A stretch of 64,000 nt of DNA from Alphaproteobacteria bacterium (GTDB taxonomy: Bacteria; Pseudomonadota; Alphaproteobacteria; CAAHEQ01; UBA3637), in NCBI GenBank assembly GCA_017539265.1, contig JAFYHG010000018.1, forward strand, positions 8,779 to 72,778, read 5' to 3'. The notes beneath the pieces were generated by a model. The model saw only the letters and a program-made list of their open reading frames with translations, did no database searches and was not told the origin of the DNA. Positions within the stretch are counted from its first letter, which is position 1. Each line of letters opens with the position of its first letter. Shown here piece after piece: positions 1 to 9,942 of the stretch. The translations under genes and the position numbers were made by a program.

Positions 1-2417
1 GTAATGGCATCACTATAAGCAACACAGGTGTAGCTATTACCGGTAATACAACCGTTGACGGAAATGAAGTATTAACCACCGCCAGCACTTTAGACGGCTC
101 AAAATTGGCAGACGCTTCTGTTGCTAAGAGTGCCTTGGAAACAAGTGTTCAAAACTCCTTGACCTTGGCTGATACCGCGGTGCAAAACATTACGACCGGT
201 ACCACAAATGGAACTATTTCGGTGGACGGATCAGATGTTGCCGTTTATGGATTAGGTTCTGCAGCTTTTGCTAACACAACCGATTTTGATGCGGCCGGCG
301 CCGCTGCTACGGCATTATCAGATGCCAAGGCTTACACGGATACCAAAGTAGCAGCCGAGACAGATCGTGCAAAAGGCGTTGAAGGTAACTTATCCGACTT
401 ATCAACAACGGATAAAACCACTCTGGTTGCTGCCATTAATGAAAATGTAACAGCAATTGCAACTGAAACAGCTCGTGCAACCGCTGTTGAAGAGGGCTTG
501 GATACACGTTTAACAACGGCTGAAGGAACAATCAGTTCTCATACTTCTTCCATTGCTGCAAATGCTTCTGCAATTGCGGCTGAGACAACTCGTGCAACCG
601 GTGTTGAAGCAGGTTTAAATACACGTTTGACAACGGCTGAAAGTAATATCAGTACAAATGCTTCTGCAATTGCTGCTGAAACAGCTCGTGCAACCGGTGT
701 TGAAGAAGGCCTAGATACACGTTTAACAACGGCTGAAGGAACGATCAGTTCTCATACAACTTCCATTGCCGCAAATGCTTCTGCAATTGCAGCTGAGGTA
801 GCTCGTGCAACCGGTGTTGAAAACGGCTTGAATACACGCTTAACATCGGCTGAAGGAACGATCAGTTCTCATACAACTTCCATTGCCGCAAATGCTTCTG
901 CAATTGCTGCTGAAACAGCTCGTGCAACCGGTGTTGAAGAAGGCTTGAATACACGCTTAACATCAGCTGAAGGAACAATCAGTTCTCATACGACTTCCAT
1001 TGCCGCAAATGCTTCTGCAATTGCTGCTGAAACAGCTCGTGCAACCGGTGTTGAAGAAGGCTTAGATACACGTTTAACAACGGCTGAAGGAACGATTAGT
1101 TCTCATACAACTTCCATTGCCGCAAATGCTTCTGCAATTGCTGCTGAAACAGAACGTGCAACTGGTGTTGAAGACGGCTTAAATACACGCTTAACATCGG
1201 CTGAAGGAACGATCAGTTCTCATACCACATCTATCGCTGCAAATGCTTCCGCAATTGCTGCTGAAACAGCCCGCGCAACCGGTGTTGAAGATGGCTTAAA
1301 TACACGCTTAACATCAGCTGAAGGAACAATCAGTTCTCAAGCAACTTCTATCGCTGCAAACGCTTCCGCAATTGCTGCTGAAACAGAACGCGCAACTGGT
1401 GTTGAAGACGGCTTGAATACACGCTTAACATCGGCTGAAGGAACAATTAGTTCCCACACATCTGCCATCGCTGCAAATGCTACGGCGATATCGGATGAGA
1501 CAGCCCGCGCAACTGGTGTTGAAGACGGCTTAAATACACGCTTGACAACGGCTGAAGGTAATATCAGTACAAATGCCACAGCAATTGCAACCGAGACAAC
1601 CCGTGCAACCGGCGTTGAAGAAGGCTTGAATACACGTTTGACGACGGCTGAAGGAACGATTAGTTCTCATACGACTTCTATCGCTGCAAATACTAGCGCA
1701 ATTGACGTCTTAAATGGAGAAGGTGAAGGCTCTGTAAAAAAGGCTTTGGCTGATGCAAAAGGTTATACAGACACCCGTGAAGAAGCGATTACCAACGCTT
1801 ACAGTGCTGCTATCGATACAGCAACTCTGATGGATGAAACCGGATATAACTTTGGTAACGGAGAAGGCGTTGTTTCGGCCGTAAAATCCATAGATAAGAA
1901 GGTTGGCGATATGGCCGCAATCGGTAATCGGGAAGGTTCTCACCTATCCCCAGCAAGCAATACCGCTGCTTTAACGGATGATTCAATTGCCGGCAATTTG
2001 GATTCTTTGGATGCCGCGGTTGTTGCAAACGATCAAGCCATTTTGGAAATACAAAATGCTTTGGGTGACCAAAGTCAGTTTGGCAAGAGCCGTTATCTGG
2101 ATAACACGATGACAAGTGCCGATGCGATGATGAGCTTGGATCGCAACTTGAACAAACTCGACAGACGCGTCCATCAAATGGAAAAAGAAATGAAGGGCGG
2201 ATTTGCTTCCGTGGCGGCATTGTCTGCCTTGGCTCCGAATGCCCGCGCTTCCGGCAACACTCAAATTGCCCTCGGTGCAGGTCTCTATCGCGATCATCAA
2301 GGTCTGGCCATCGGTGCCTATCATTACTTCAATGATAATATCCTGGCTAATATCGGTGGTGCTTACGGCGGTGATAAGAGTGCCATGCTCCGTGCGGGTG
2401 TTACATTCGGTTGGTAA
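1..2417 (+). CDS. trimeric autotransporter adhesin (YadA-like), 5'-partial
   Basis: The frame is open from nt 3 (NGITISNTGVAITGNTTVDG...), so the TTG at 105 is not the real start. Ala/Thr-rich stalk repeats. C-terminal anchor ...GAYHYFNDNILANIGGAYGGDKSAMLRAGVTFGW ends in an aromatic residue. Confidence 0.8.
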   Translation, partial: NGITISNTGVAITGNTTVDGNEVLTTASTLDGSKLADASVAKSALETSVQNSLTLADTAVQNITTGTTNGTISVDGSDVAVYGLGSAAFANTTDFDAAGAAATALSDAKAYTDTKVAAETDRAKGVEGNLSDLSTTDKTTLVAAINENVTAIATETARATAVEEGLDTRLTTAEGTISSHTSSIAANASAIAAETTRATGVEAGLNTRLTTAESNISTNASAIAAETARATGVEEGLDTRLTTAEGTISSHTTSIAANASAIAAEVARATGVENGLNTRLTSAEGTISSHTTSIAANASAIAAETARATGVEEGLNTRLTSAEGTISSHTTSIAANASAIAAETARATGVEEGLDTRLTTAEGTISSHTTSIAANASAIAAETERATGVEDGLNTRLTSAEGTISSHTTSIAANASAIAAETARATGVEDGLNTRLTSAEGTISSQATSIAANASAIAAETERATGVEDGLNTRLTSAEGTISSHTSAIAANATAISDETARATGVEDGLNTRLTTAEGNISTNATAIATETTRATGVEEGLNTRLTTAEGTISSHTTSIAANTSAIDVLNGEGEGSVKKALADAKGYTDTREEAITNAYSAAIDTATLMDETGYNFGNGEGVVSAVKSIDKKVGDMAAIGNREGSHLSPASNTAALTDDSIAGNLDSLDAAVVANDQAILEIQNALGDQSQFGKSRYLDNTMTSADAMMSLDRNLNKLDRRVHQMEKEMKGGFASVAALSALAPNARASGNTQIALGAGLYRDHQGLAIGAYHYFNDNILANIGGAYGGDKSAMLRAGVTFGW
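465..1706. repeat. 117-bp tandem repeat array (about 11 units) inside the adhesin gene
   Basis: Period checked by gaaacagctcgtgcaacc recurring at 912 and 1029. Nine 117-bp units plus two 96-bp units. Encodes ETARATGVEEGLDTRLTTAEGTISSHTTSIAANASAIAA. Confidence 0.9.
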
Positions 2418-2435
2418 GCCGGTATTTCCCCTAAA

Positions 2436-2464
2436 AATCCCTGCCTTTTGGCGGGGATTTTTAT
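2436..2464 (+). terminator. Rho-independent terminator after the adhesin
   Basis: aatccctgcc-tttt-ggcggggatt forms a 10-bp stem (one G-U) followed by a T-run, 19 nt after the stop. Confidence 0.6.
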
Positions 2465-2535
2465 ATTCCGCCAGGAAATTTCCGGCAGGGTTGATTTTAA
2501 AAATATCTTGTGATATAACAGGAACAAAGGTTATC

Positions 2536-3426
2536 ATGATGACATATATAATTGCTTTTTTATCACCGCTGTTTTATGCACTATCGGTTATTATCGAAAG
2601 CTTTTTATCACTGGCTGTTTTCAAAAAGCCGATTGTGATGTTGTTTTTCGTATCCCTGACAAACGCTTTATTTGTCCCTTTGGTTTTGTGCTTGGGGACC
2701 CCCACCCTCCCCGACGGATACAGTTGGCTGATTTATTGCCTTATTGCCTGCATTGATATTTGCTATTTGTACCCCTATTATAAGGCCCTCAAAAAGACAG
2801 ATACTTCCATCGTTTCTTCTCTTTTTGCCTTGGGGAAGATTTTTGTACCGATACTGGCGTTTATCCTGCTTCAAGATAAACTGGAAACCCGTCAATATAT
2901 CGGCTTTGTCATTATTATTTTGGCTTCTGCCTTTTTAAACAAAAAATCTCAAGATAAATTTCGTCTAAATCAAGCCTTTTATTTAATGTTTTTATCCAGT
3001 TTTTTGCTGGCCCTACGCATTTGTATCGTCAAATATGTATTATGGCGGGATAATAATTACATCAATGTCCTCATTTATCCAAATTTGATTTCAGGTTTAA
3101 TCCCGTTCACATTTTTGGTATTAAAACAAAATCGACGTGAAATCAGCCGACGTATAGCCTCTTATCGCCGCCGTTTTAAGTTTTTTGTCGTCATTGAATT
3201 TTTAACCTTCTTGGCGGTATCTTGCTCTACCATCGCCTTATCGAAATTATCACCGGTGATATCCACCGCCATCGAGGCAACCGAGCCTTTATTTGTCCTT
3301 TCTCTGGCCATGATTGTCAACGCCACCCGAATATATCATTTTCGGGAAAATACCGGCCTTTTCAAAAAAATCTGTTGTTTTATCTTGATCATTCTGGGGA
3401 TTGTATTAACCTGTTCTGAGTATTAA
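2536..3426 (+). CDS. DMT/EamA-family membrane transporter
   Basis: ATG at 2536 preceded by aaagg. About 10 hydrophobic helices in two similar halves. The 2203 extension overlaps the adhesin and its terminator and is discounted. Confidence 0.55.
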   Translation: MMTYIIAFLSPLFYALSVIIESFLSLAVFKKPIVMLFFVSLTNALFVPLVLCLGTPTLPDGYSWLIYCLIACIDICYLYPYYKALKKTDTSIVSSLFALGKIFVPILAFILLQDKLETRQYIGFVIIILASAFLNKKSQDKFRLNQAFYLMFLSSFLLALRICIVKYVLWRDNNYINVLIYPNLISGLIPFTFLVLKQNRREISRRIASYRRRFKFFVVIEFLTFLAVSCSTIALSKLSPVISTAIEATEPLFVLSLAMIVNATRIYHFRENTGLFKKICCFILIILGIVLTCSEY

Positions 3427-3441
3427 AATAAGGAGAAAAAT

Positions 3442-4209
3442 ATGTGTTACAAACCGACAAGCATTTTTATCACCGGCGCCTCCAGCGGCATCGGCAGAGC
3501 ATTAGCATTAAAGTATGCCGATGAAGGAATAACTTTATTTCTCTGTGGCCGCAATAAAGAACGCTTGGATAAAGTTGCGGATTTATGCCGCCAACAAAAA
3601 GCCGACGTCCATACCTTTTTGTTTGACGTTCGGGATGAAAGAGAAACCGCGAACGCCATCACTCAAGCCGATGAAATTAAGCCAATTGAACTTTTAATTG
3701 CCAACGCCGGCGTTTCCGCAGGTGTCTTAGGCATGGATGAAACACCGGTTTCCAGTCGCGCCATTTTTGAAACAAACATTTTTGGTGTTATCAATACGGT
3801 TTTGCCAACGGCTGAAAAAATGAAATCCCGCAAAAAAGGTCAAATCGCGATTATCAGTTCTCTTTCCGGCTATCGCGGTATGTCCAGTTGCCCCGCTTAT
3901 TCCGCGTCCAAGGCCTGTGTCAAAGCCTGGGGCGAAGCCCTATGGGGCACATTAAAACCTCACGGCATTTACGTTACAACAATTTGCCCCGGTTTTATTG
4001 AAACACCGCTGACGGATAAGAATCAATTCAAAATGCCTTTTTTAATGAAAGTTGATAAAGCCGCCAACATTATCGTAAAACGCCTTCAAAGACATCCACC
4101 CGTTATTGCTTTTCCCTGGATTATGGCTTTTGGTGCCTGGTTGGGCGGTATGTTGCCGGCCCGACTCATCTTACCTATTTTAGGGCGATTGCCGAAAAAA
4201 GAAAAATAA
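3442..4209 (+). CDS. short-chain dehydrogenase/reductase (SDR)
   Basis: TGASSGIGRALA nucleotide-binding motif and YSASK catalytic motif. Confidence 0.8.
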   Translation: MCYKPTSIFITGASSGIGRALALKYADEGITLFLCGRNKERLDKVADLCRQQKADVHTFLFDVRDERETANAITQADEIKPIELLIANAGVSAGVLGMDETPVSSRAIFETNIFGVINTVLPTAEKMKSRKKGQIAIISSLSGYRGMSSCPAYSASKACVKAWGEALWGTLKPHGIYVTTICPGFIETPLTDKNQFKMPFLMKVDKAANIIVKRLQRHPPVIAFPWIMAFGAWLGGMLPARLILPILGRLPKKEK

Positions 4210-4272
4210 CTTGCGAAAAAGTTGCTTTTCTGGTATAACAGGGAAAAATTGAATTAAGAAAGGACAGATTTT

Positions 4273-4977
4273 ATGGCAGAAAATAAAAAAACAACCTCTG
4301 ATAAGGCCGATGAATTGGCTCAAATCCAAGAACGTATTTTTGAACGCGAAGTTGATGAAGAATTGCGTCAGGAACGCTTGGCTAATTTTTGGAAGAAGTA
4401 TCGTTTTTTAATCATCGGCGGTGCCATCGGTATTATTTTGGCCACCATCGCGGGTGAATGGTACGGATCGTGGCAGGATAAAATCCGCGCTTCCGAATCG
4501 GATCGTTTGGAAAAGGCGCTTATTTCGGCCGCCAAAGGAGATGATAAACCCGCGTTATCCCAATTAAAACAACTGGCCAAAGACGGTAAAACAGGCTATC
4601 GCTACATCGCAAAATTAGAAGAAGCCGGCCTTTTGTTCCAAAAAAAGAAAGATGATAAAGCCCTTACCATTCTCTTTGAACTATCTCAAGATACCAAGGC
4701 TCCTCAACCGCTTCGCGATTTGGCTTTGGTTTCCTATATCGGCCATGTACTGGATACAAGCAATACAGAAGAATTAAAGCAAATGATATCCCCATTGGCT
4801 CAAAATGAAAAAAGCGCTTTCTACGGTCAAGCCGTTGAGCTAATGGCATGGTTGCATTTGATTTCCGGTGAAAAAGCTGAGGCTCAAAAATTAGTTGAGC
4901 AAGCCACCGCTTCCGGAAATCTGGCCCCGCAATTAAAGGAAAGATTGACATTGTTATTGGAGCAAAAAGCACAATGA
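4273..4977 (+). CDS. YfgM-like TPR membrane protein
   Basis: Charged N-terminus, single TM (FLIIGGAIGIILATIAG), helical C-terminus. Sits upstream of bamB-der, as yfgM does in E. coli. Confidence 0.5.
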   Translation: MAENKKTTSDKADELAQIQERIFEREVDEELRQERLANFWKKYRFLIIGGAIGIILATIAGEWYGSWQDKIRASESDRLEKALISAAKGDDKPALSQLKQLAKDGKTGYRYIAKLEEAGLLFQKKKDDKALTILFELSQDTKAPQPLRDLALVSYIGHVLDTSNTEELKQMISPLAQNEKSAFYGQAVELMAWLHLISGEKAEAQKLVEQATASGNLAPQLKERLTLLLEQKAQ

Positions 4978-6245
4978 AAAAAATTCTGATTTTATGCATG
5001 GCTGCTCTTTTGGTAACCGCCTGCGCGGATAATGGTCCGGTGGCTCCAAAAGAAGGTCGCCAAAGCGTGGGAACCGTTTTGGAAGAACCGGCTAAATCCA
5101 AAAATACCGTTAAACCGGAACAGGCCCAATCGGTTAAAACATGGGCGTTTTCCTATAAAACCGCCGCAAATAATCGACCGCATGCCAAGGTTTCGGGCGA
5201 AAAGAAATTAACTCATACCGTTTCTGTCGGTAAAGGGATCAATGACAACTATCAAACACTTGCGGGCCCTGTCGTTTCGGGCGATACCGTTTACACATTG
5301 GACAGCCACTTTAATCTTCAGGCCACCGATTTAAAAACCGCCAAAGCTTTGTGGCGCAAACCGCTTGCAACCATCACAGGCACAACGGCCAAAAGTATCG
5401 GACTTGCCGTTTATCATAAAAAACTTTATGCCGTGGCCGGAAACGGTTTAATCATTGCGATGGACTTATCGGGAAATTCCCTCTGGACACGGGAATTAAA
5501 GGCTCCGCTGCGCTCAACTCCGATTTTGGATAATAATCGGCTGTTTGTTTCGTCCATTCATAATGAACTGTTTGCCTTAAACGCCGATAACGGTAAAGAT
5601 TTATGGAAATATACCGGTGATAGAGCCGTTACCAATTTCTTCGGTATGGGCGCTCCTGCCGTTCAAGGAAACATTGTCATTATGCCGACAACAGGCGGGC
5701 GCGTTGTTGCTCTTGAAGCTTCATCTGGAATGTTGCTCTGGACAGAGGACATGTGGACACAAAAAACCTATAATCCGATTTTGGATATTCCGCACATGAC
5801 AGCTGCCCCCGTCATTGAAGGGAGCAATGTTTATCTGGTCGGTAACGCCGGCAAAACAGGTCTCTATCGTTTATCAAGCGGCATTCCCGTCTATACTATC
5901 GGGATCGGCGGGCGGGAAACACCGGCCCTTTCCGGCAACACGCTTTATGTCGTTACCAATCAAAAAGACCTGATGGCATTGGATAAAACCCAAGGTAAAC
6001 TCTTCTGGAAGACAGCTTTAACGGCGCTTAAAGATCGTGATAACGAGGCCGTTTGGTTTGGCCCCGTACTTGTAAACAATGCTATTATCGTTGTATCCAG
6101 CCTGGGTGACATTGTGTTTTATAACGCCAAAACCGGCCAAGAAATGCGCCACGAAAAGCAAGATGAATTGGTCGGCGCTCCGATCGTAGTCGGTGAAACA
6201 CTGTTATTCTTAACAACCGACGGGAATTTGCTGTTCTATCAATAA
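4974..6245 (+). CDS. bamB: outer membrane protein assembly factor BamB
   Basis: Lipoprotein signal MKKILILCMAALLVTAC, PQQ-like beta-propeller repeats, ATGA overlap with the upstream gene, der downstream. Confidence 0.8.
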   Translation: MKKILILCMAALLVTACADNGPVAPKEGRQSVGTVLEEPAKSKNTVKPEQAQSVKTWAFSYKTAANNRPHAKVSGEKKLTHTVSVGKGINDNYQTLAGPVVSGDTVYTLDSHFNLQATDLKTAKALWRKPLATITGTTAKSIGLAVYHKKLYAVAGNGLIIAMDLSGNSLWTRELKAPLRSTPILDNNRLFVSSIHNELFALNADNGKDLWKYTGDRAVTNFFGMGAPAVQGNIVIMPTTGGRVVALEASSGMLLWTEDMWTQKTYNPILDIPHMTAAPVIEGSNVYLVGNAGKTGLYRLSSGIPVYTIGIGGRETPALSGNTLYVVTNQKDLMALDKTQGKLFWKTALTALKDRDNEAVWFGPVLVNNAIIVVSSLGDIVFYNAKTGQEMRHEKQDELVGAPIVVGETLLFLTTDGNLLFYQ

Positions 6246-6255
6246 AGGAAAGACC

Positions 6256-7602
6256 ATGAAATCAGTTGCCATTGTCGGCCGTACCAATGTTGGAAAATCC
6301 ACGCTGTTTAATCGGCTGTGCGGGCGGCGTTTGGCTATTGTTCATGATCGGGCGGGGGTAACCCGCGACCGCAAAGAAGGGGACGCCACAATTAAAGACA
6401 TCTCTTTTCGGGTAATCGACACCGCGGGGTTAGAGGAAACAACTTCCCTTGCTGCCGCCATGTGGGATCAAACGGAAATCGCGATTCAAGAGGCTGATAT
6501 TATCCTTATGCTTGTGGATGCCAGATCCGAAGTAACACGACTCGACACGCGTTTGGCCGGTCTTCTTCGGCGACAAAAGAAGCCAGTCTTTTTAATTGCC
6601 AATAAATGTGAAGGGCGTTCCCAAGAACAACTGCTCGGTGAATTTTATCGTTTAGGTCTCGGTGATCCGCTTCCCTTCTCTGCCGAACACGCCTTGGGCA
6701 TGGATAAATTATATGCGCTTTTAAAACCGCTCTGCCCCAAGGAAGCTGAACCCCAAGAAGAAGCCGACAGACCTCTAAAATTGGCTATTGTCGGTCGCCC
6801 CAATGTCGGAAAATCCACGTTAATCAATAAACTCTTAAAAAAAGAACGCCTCTTAACCGGCCCCGAGGCCGGTGTCACGCGTGATGCGATTACCCTCCCC
6901 TGGCAATGGAAAGGGAATAATATTCTGCTTACCGACACGGCGGGCTTACGCAAACACGGTAAAGTTTCGGATGATTTGGAAAAAATATCTGCCGCCGATA
7001 CCCGTAATCAAATCGATTTCGCCGAGGTTGTCATTTTGGTTTTGGATGCCAATCAGCCGATGGAACGTCAAGATTTAATGATCGCCAGTCGTGTTCTGGA
7101 AGAAGGTCGGTGTTTGGTTATTGCCCTGAATAAGTGGGATACGATACAAAATCCGAAAGCTGTTTTAAACGAACTCAAATATAAAATGGAAGAATCCCTG
7201 CAACAAGTCAAAGGTCTTCCCATCGTTACCGTATCGGCTAAAACAGGTTTCGGCCTTAATCCGATGATGACGGCTGTTTTCCAGGTCTATAAACTTTGGA
7301 ATAAACGTGTCGCTACGCATAAGATGAATGACTTTTTAAAACAGATGACAGAGGCTCATCCCACTCCCGTTGCCCGCAACGGTCGGCGGATTCCCATGAA
7401 GTATATGACGCAAGTCAGCATTCGTCCCCCCACCTTTGTTATTTTTTCCAGTAATCCCGACCAACTGCCGAATTCATATTTGCGGTATTTGTCCAACGGC
7501 ATTCGGGAACGTTTCGGGCTCAAGGGTGTTCCCATTCGTATTCATATGCGTAAACGCGAAAACCCGTATGCGGATAAGAATAAATCCAAGAAGAAAAATT
7601 AA
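6256..7602 (+). CDS. der: ribosome-associated GTPase Der/EngA
   Basis: Two G domains (GRTNVGKST, GRPNVGKST, DTAG motifs) plus a C-terminal KH-like domain. Confidence 0.95.
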   Translation: MKSVAIVGRTNVGKSTLFNRLCGRRLAIVHDRAGVTRDRKEGDATIKDISFRVIDTAGLEETTSLAAAMWDQTEIAIQEADIILMLVDARSEVTRLDTRLAGLLRRQKKPVFLIANKCEGRSQEQLLGEFYRLGLGDPLPFSAEHALGMDKLYALLKPLCPKEAEPQEEADRPLKLAIVGRPNVGKSTLINKLLKKERLLTGPEAGVTRDAITLPWQWKGNNILLTDTAGLRKHGKVSDDLEKISAADTRNQIDFAEVVILVLDANQPMERQDLMIASRVLEEGRCLVIALNKWDTIQNPKAVLNELKYKMEESLQQVKGLPIVTVSAKTGFGLNPMMTAVFQVYKLWNKRVATHKMNDFLKQMTEAHPTPVARNGRRIPMKYMTQVSIRPPTFVIFSSNPDQLPNSYLRYLSNGIRERFGLKGVPIRIHMRKRENPYADKNKSKKKN

Positions 7603-8288
7603 TCCCCTAAATCCATCGCATAGCCGGCCGATCTGACCGTACGGATCAGGTCCGGTTCTCCCCCGGCATTTAAGGCATTTCTTAAACGTCTGATATGCAC
7701 GTCAACCGTTCTGGCTTCTACATAAATAGACCCGCCCCATACCGATTTTAAAAGGACTTCTCGGGATAAAACATCCCCCGGTTTTTCCATCAAAAACTGC
7801 AGCAATCTGAATTCGGTCGGTCCCAAATGAACTTCCCGACCGTCACGGGTTACACGATGTTTGGCATAATCGATTGTCATATCGCGGAAAGTGTGAATTT
7901 TATCCGGTACGGCCACCGGTTTTGCCCGCCGCAACAGTGCCGCCACCCGTGCCATTAATTCCGGAACAGAAAAAGGCTTCGTCACATAATCGTCCGCCCC
8001 GAAAGACAGGCCTTTCACTTTATCGGCTTCATCCCCACGCGCCGTCAACATAATAATTGGCGTTTGCCGCAAATCATAGGTTTTACGCATTTCCCGACAC
8101 AAATCTATTCCCGCCACATTCGGCAACATCCAATCCAATAAAATTAAGTCCGGTTTTTCCGTCAAAGCCACTTGCAATACTTCATGCCCGTCCATAACGG
8201 TAGCCGTTTCATATCCCTGCTTTTCCAGGTTGTATTTCAGCAAAGTAACCAAACCGGCTTCATCTTCCACAATTAAAACTTTTGTCAT
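7599..8288 (-). CDS. phoB: OmpR/PhoB-family response regulator, PhoB-like
   Basis: Receiver domain with LILLDWMLP, MLTARG and ADDYVTKPF. Winged helix with RTVDVHIRRLR. Confidence 0.7.
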   Translation of the reverse strand: MTKVLIVEDEAGLVTLLKYNLEKQGYETATVMDGHEVLQVALTEKPDLILLDWMLPNVAGIDLCREMRKTYDLRQTPIIMLTARGDEADKVKGLSFGADDYVTKPFSVPELMARVAALLRRAKPVAVPDKIHTFRDMTIDYAKHRVTRDGREVHLGPTEFRLLQFLMEKPGDVLSREVLLKSVWGGSIYVEARTVDVHIRRLRNALNAGGEPDLIRTVRSAGYAMDLGD

Positions 8289-8922
8289 TTTTTCAACCTT
8301 TCAATTGCTTTTTTATAATCCGAACTTTCACAGATATAACTGCCCGCGACCAAGACATCCGCTCCCGCCAATCGACACGCCGGCGCCGTGATATCATTCA
8401 CACCGCCATCCACCGAAATTTGAACGGGCTTATGCCCGATCAAATCCCGTAAATCGGCAATTTTTTTAAGGGCCTCTTTTTGAAAAGTTTGCCCACCGAA
8501 GCCGGGTTCCACTGACATCACAAGGACTAAATCAATCATCGGAATAAACGGCAAAATTTTATTGATATTCGTTTTTGGTTTTAATGAAAGCCCTACCTTA
8601 CATCCGTTCTTTCTGATGCGGGAAATCATATCGGGAATTTTATCTTTTGCCTCTATATGCACGGTAATCAGGTTTGATCCCGCCGCTGCAAATGCATCTA
8701 TGAATTTCAAGGGCGCTCTATCATCAAATGCGTATCAAAAGGCAGCTTCGTTACCGGCCGCAACTTTTGCACCACATCCGGTCCAAAGGATAAATTCGGC
8801 ACAAAATGTCCGTCCATAATATCCCAGTGTATCCAATCACTCCCCGCTTTTTCAAGGGTCTTGACTTCATCCCCCAAACGCGCCATATCGGCAGACAGCA
8901 AACTTGATGCAACTTTGACCAT
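8285..8922 (-). pseudogene. rpe: ribulose-phosphate 3-epimerase, interrupted by a frameshift at 8707-8715
   Basis: The N-part ends HLMIERP-stop. The C-part continues [20 protein letters not shown] in the -1 frame. Joined, they give a colinear full-length Rpe. SD aaggag lies before the ATG at 8922. Confidence 0.8.
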
Positions 8923-8973
8923 GCCCGACTCCTTTTGGGTTAGTATAGCCCAAAAATTCCCCGATTGCAAAGA

Positions 8974-9450
8974 TTATTTTTTAAGCATTTCAAACGCGCG
9001 TTCCAATAAAAGGGTTGCCGCATGGGCATCCAACACTTTTTTGCGTTTATCGGGCCGCATAAACAGGTCGTCTTTTAAATAAGATTCGGCTTTTACGGAA
9101 GTATATCTTTCATCTACCCACAAAATCGGCAAATTGAACTTCTCCTTTAATCTGTTTGCAAACAATCGCGCCTGATGTGCGGTTTCGCCCTCCTGTCCGT
9201 CGGTCTGTAGCGGTAGCCCTATCACAAAACCCACCACATTTTTTGCCGGCACAATATCATCCAATTCTTTTATTTTCGAAATAATTTTAAAGGGTGTTGC
9301 ATGTTCCCACTTCGCGTCGGATAAGGCAAGTCCGATCCGCACGGAGCCGTAATCAATCCCCAACAGGTTCCCCCTCGTGGGCAACGCTTTTTTAAAATTG
9401 TCCGCGGAAAGTTCTTGTCTTTCGTTTTGAAATAGGTTATTATTTATCAT
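8974..9450 (-). CDS. ruvX: YqgF/RuvX Holliday-junction-resolvase-like nuclease
   Basis: LLGIDYGSVRIGLALSD motif and typical length. The start is uncertain (ATG 9450 or TTG 9486). Confidence 0.75.
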   Translation of the reverse strand: MINNNLFQNERQELSADNFKKALPTRGNLLGIDYGSVRIGLALSDAKWEHATPFKIISKIKELDDIVPAKNVVGFVIGLPLQTDGQEGETAHQARLFANRLKEKFNLPILWVDERYTSVKAESYLKDDLFMRPDKRKKVLDAHAATLLLERAFEMLKK

Positions 9451-9480
9451 CAGGTTTATTTTACAGGAAAGGAGCCCTAA

Positions 9481-9942
9481 ATGCAAGGAAAAAGAATTTT
9501 AATTGCCTCTGACCATGCGGGATACCGGATGAAAGAGTATCTGGATTCCTGGCTGCGCGGTCAAGGTTATGTCGTTATAGACGTAGGGCCCTCTGATGAA
9601 ACACCGGTAGACTATCCCGATAAGGCCTATCTGGTTGCACAAGGGCTCTATGATCGTGAAGCGGATTTAGGGATTCTTATTTGCGGCACCGGTATCGGGA
9701 TGAGCATTGCCGTCAATAAATACAATCACATTCGCGGGGCACTGGTTTTCACACCCGAAATGGCTGCCCTGGCGCGCAGTCACAATAATGCAAATGTCCT
9801 CATTTTAGGTGGCCGCACCACATCACTTGAAACAGCCGTCAAATGCACGGAAACTTTCTTAAACACGCCTTTCGAAGGCGGCGGACGGCACGAACGCCGA
9901 GTTTTAAAAACAGGGAGAATGAATCATGACTTTGAAAAATAA
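9481..9942 (+). CDS. rpiB: ribose-5-phosphate isomerase B
   Basis: IASDHAGY and [14 protein letters not shown] motifs. Confidence 0.85.
   Translation: MQGKRILIASDHAGYRMKEYLDSWLRGQGYVVIDVGPSDETPVDYPDKAYLVAQGLYDREADLGILICGTGIGMSIAVNKYNHIRGALVFTPEMAALARSHNNANVLILGGRTTSLETAVKCTETFLNTPFEGGGRHERRVLKTGRMNHDFEK

Noticed and set aside
2203-2535. N-terminal 111-aa extension of the DMT transporter ORF.
   Set aside because: It overlaps the adhesin 3' end and its terminator. A proper ATG with aaagg at 2536 begins the hydrophobic protein.
1337-2537. Antisense ORFs inside the adhesin gene (1337..1579, 1710..1943, 1810..2220, 1983..2537).
   Set aside because: They lie opposite a strongly supported repeat-rich CDS and have low-complexity products and no SD. 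Such ORFs are typical artefacts of Ala/Thr-rich repeats.
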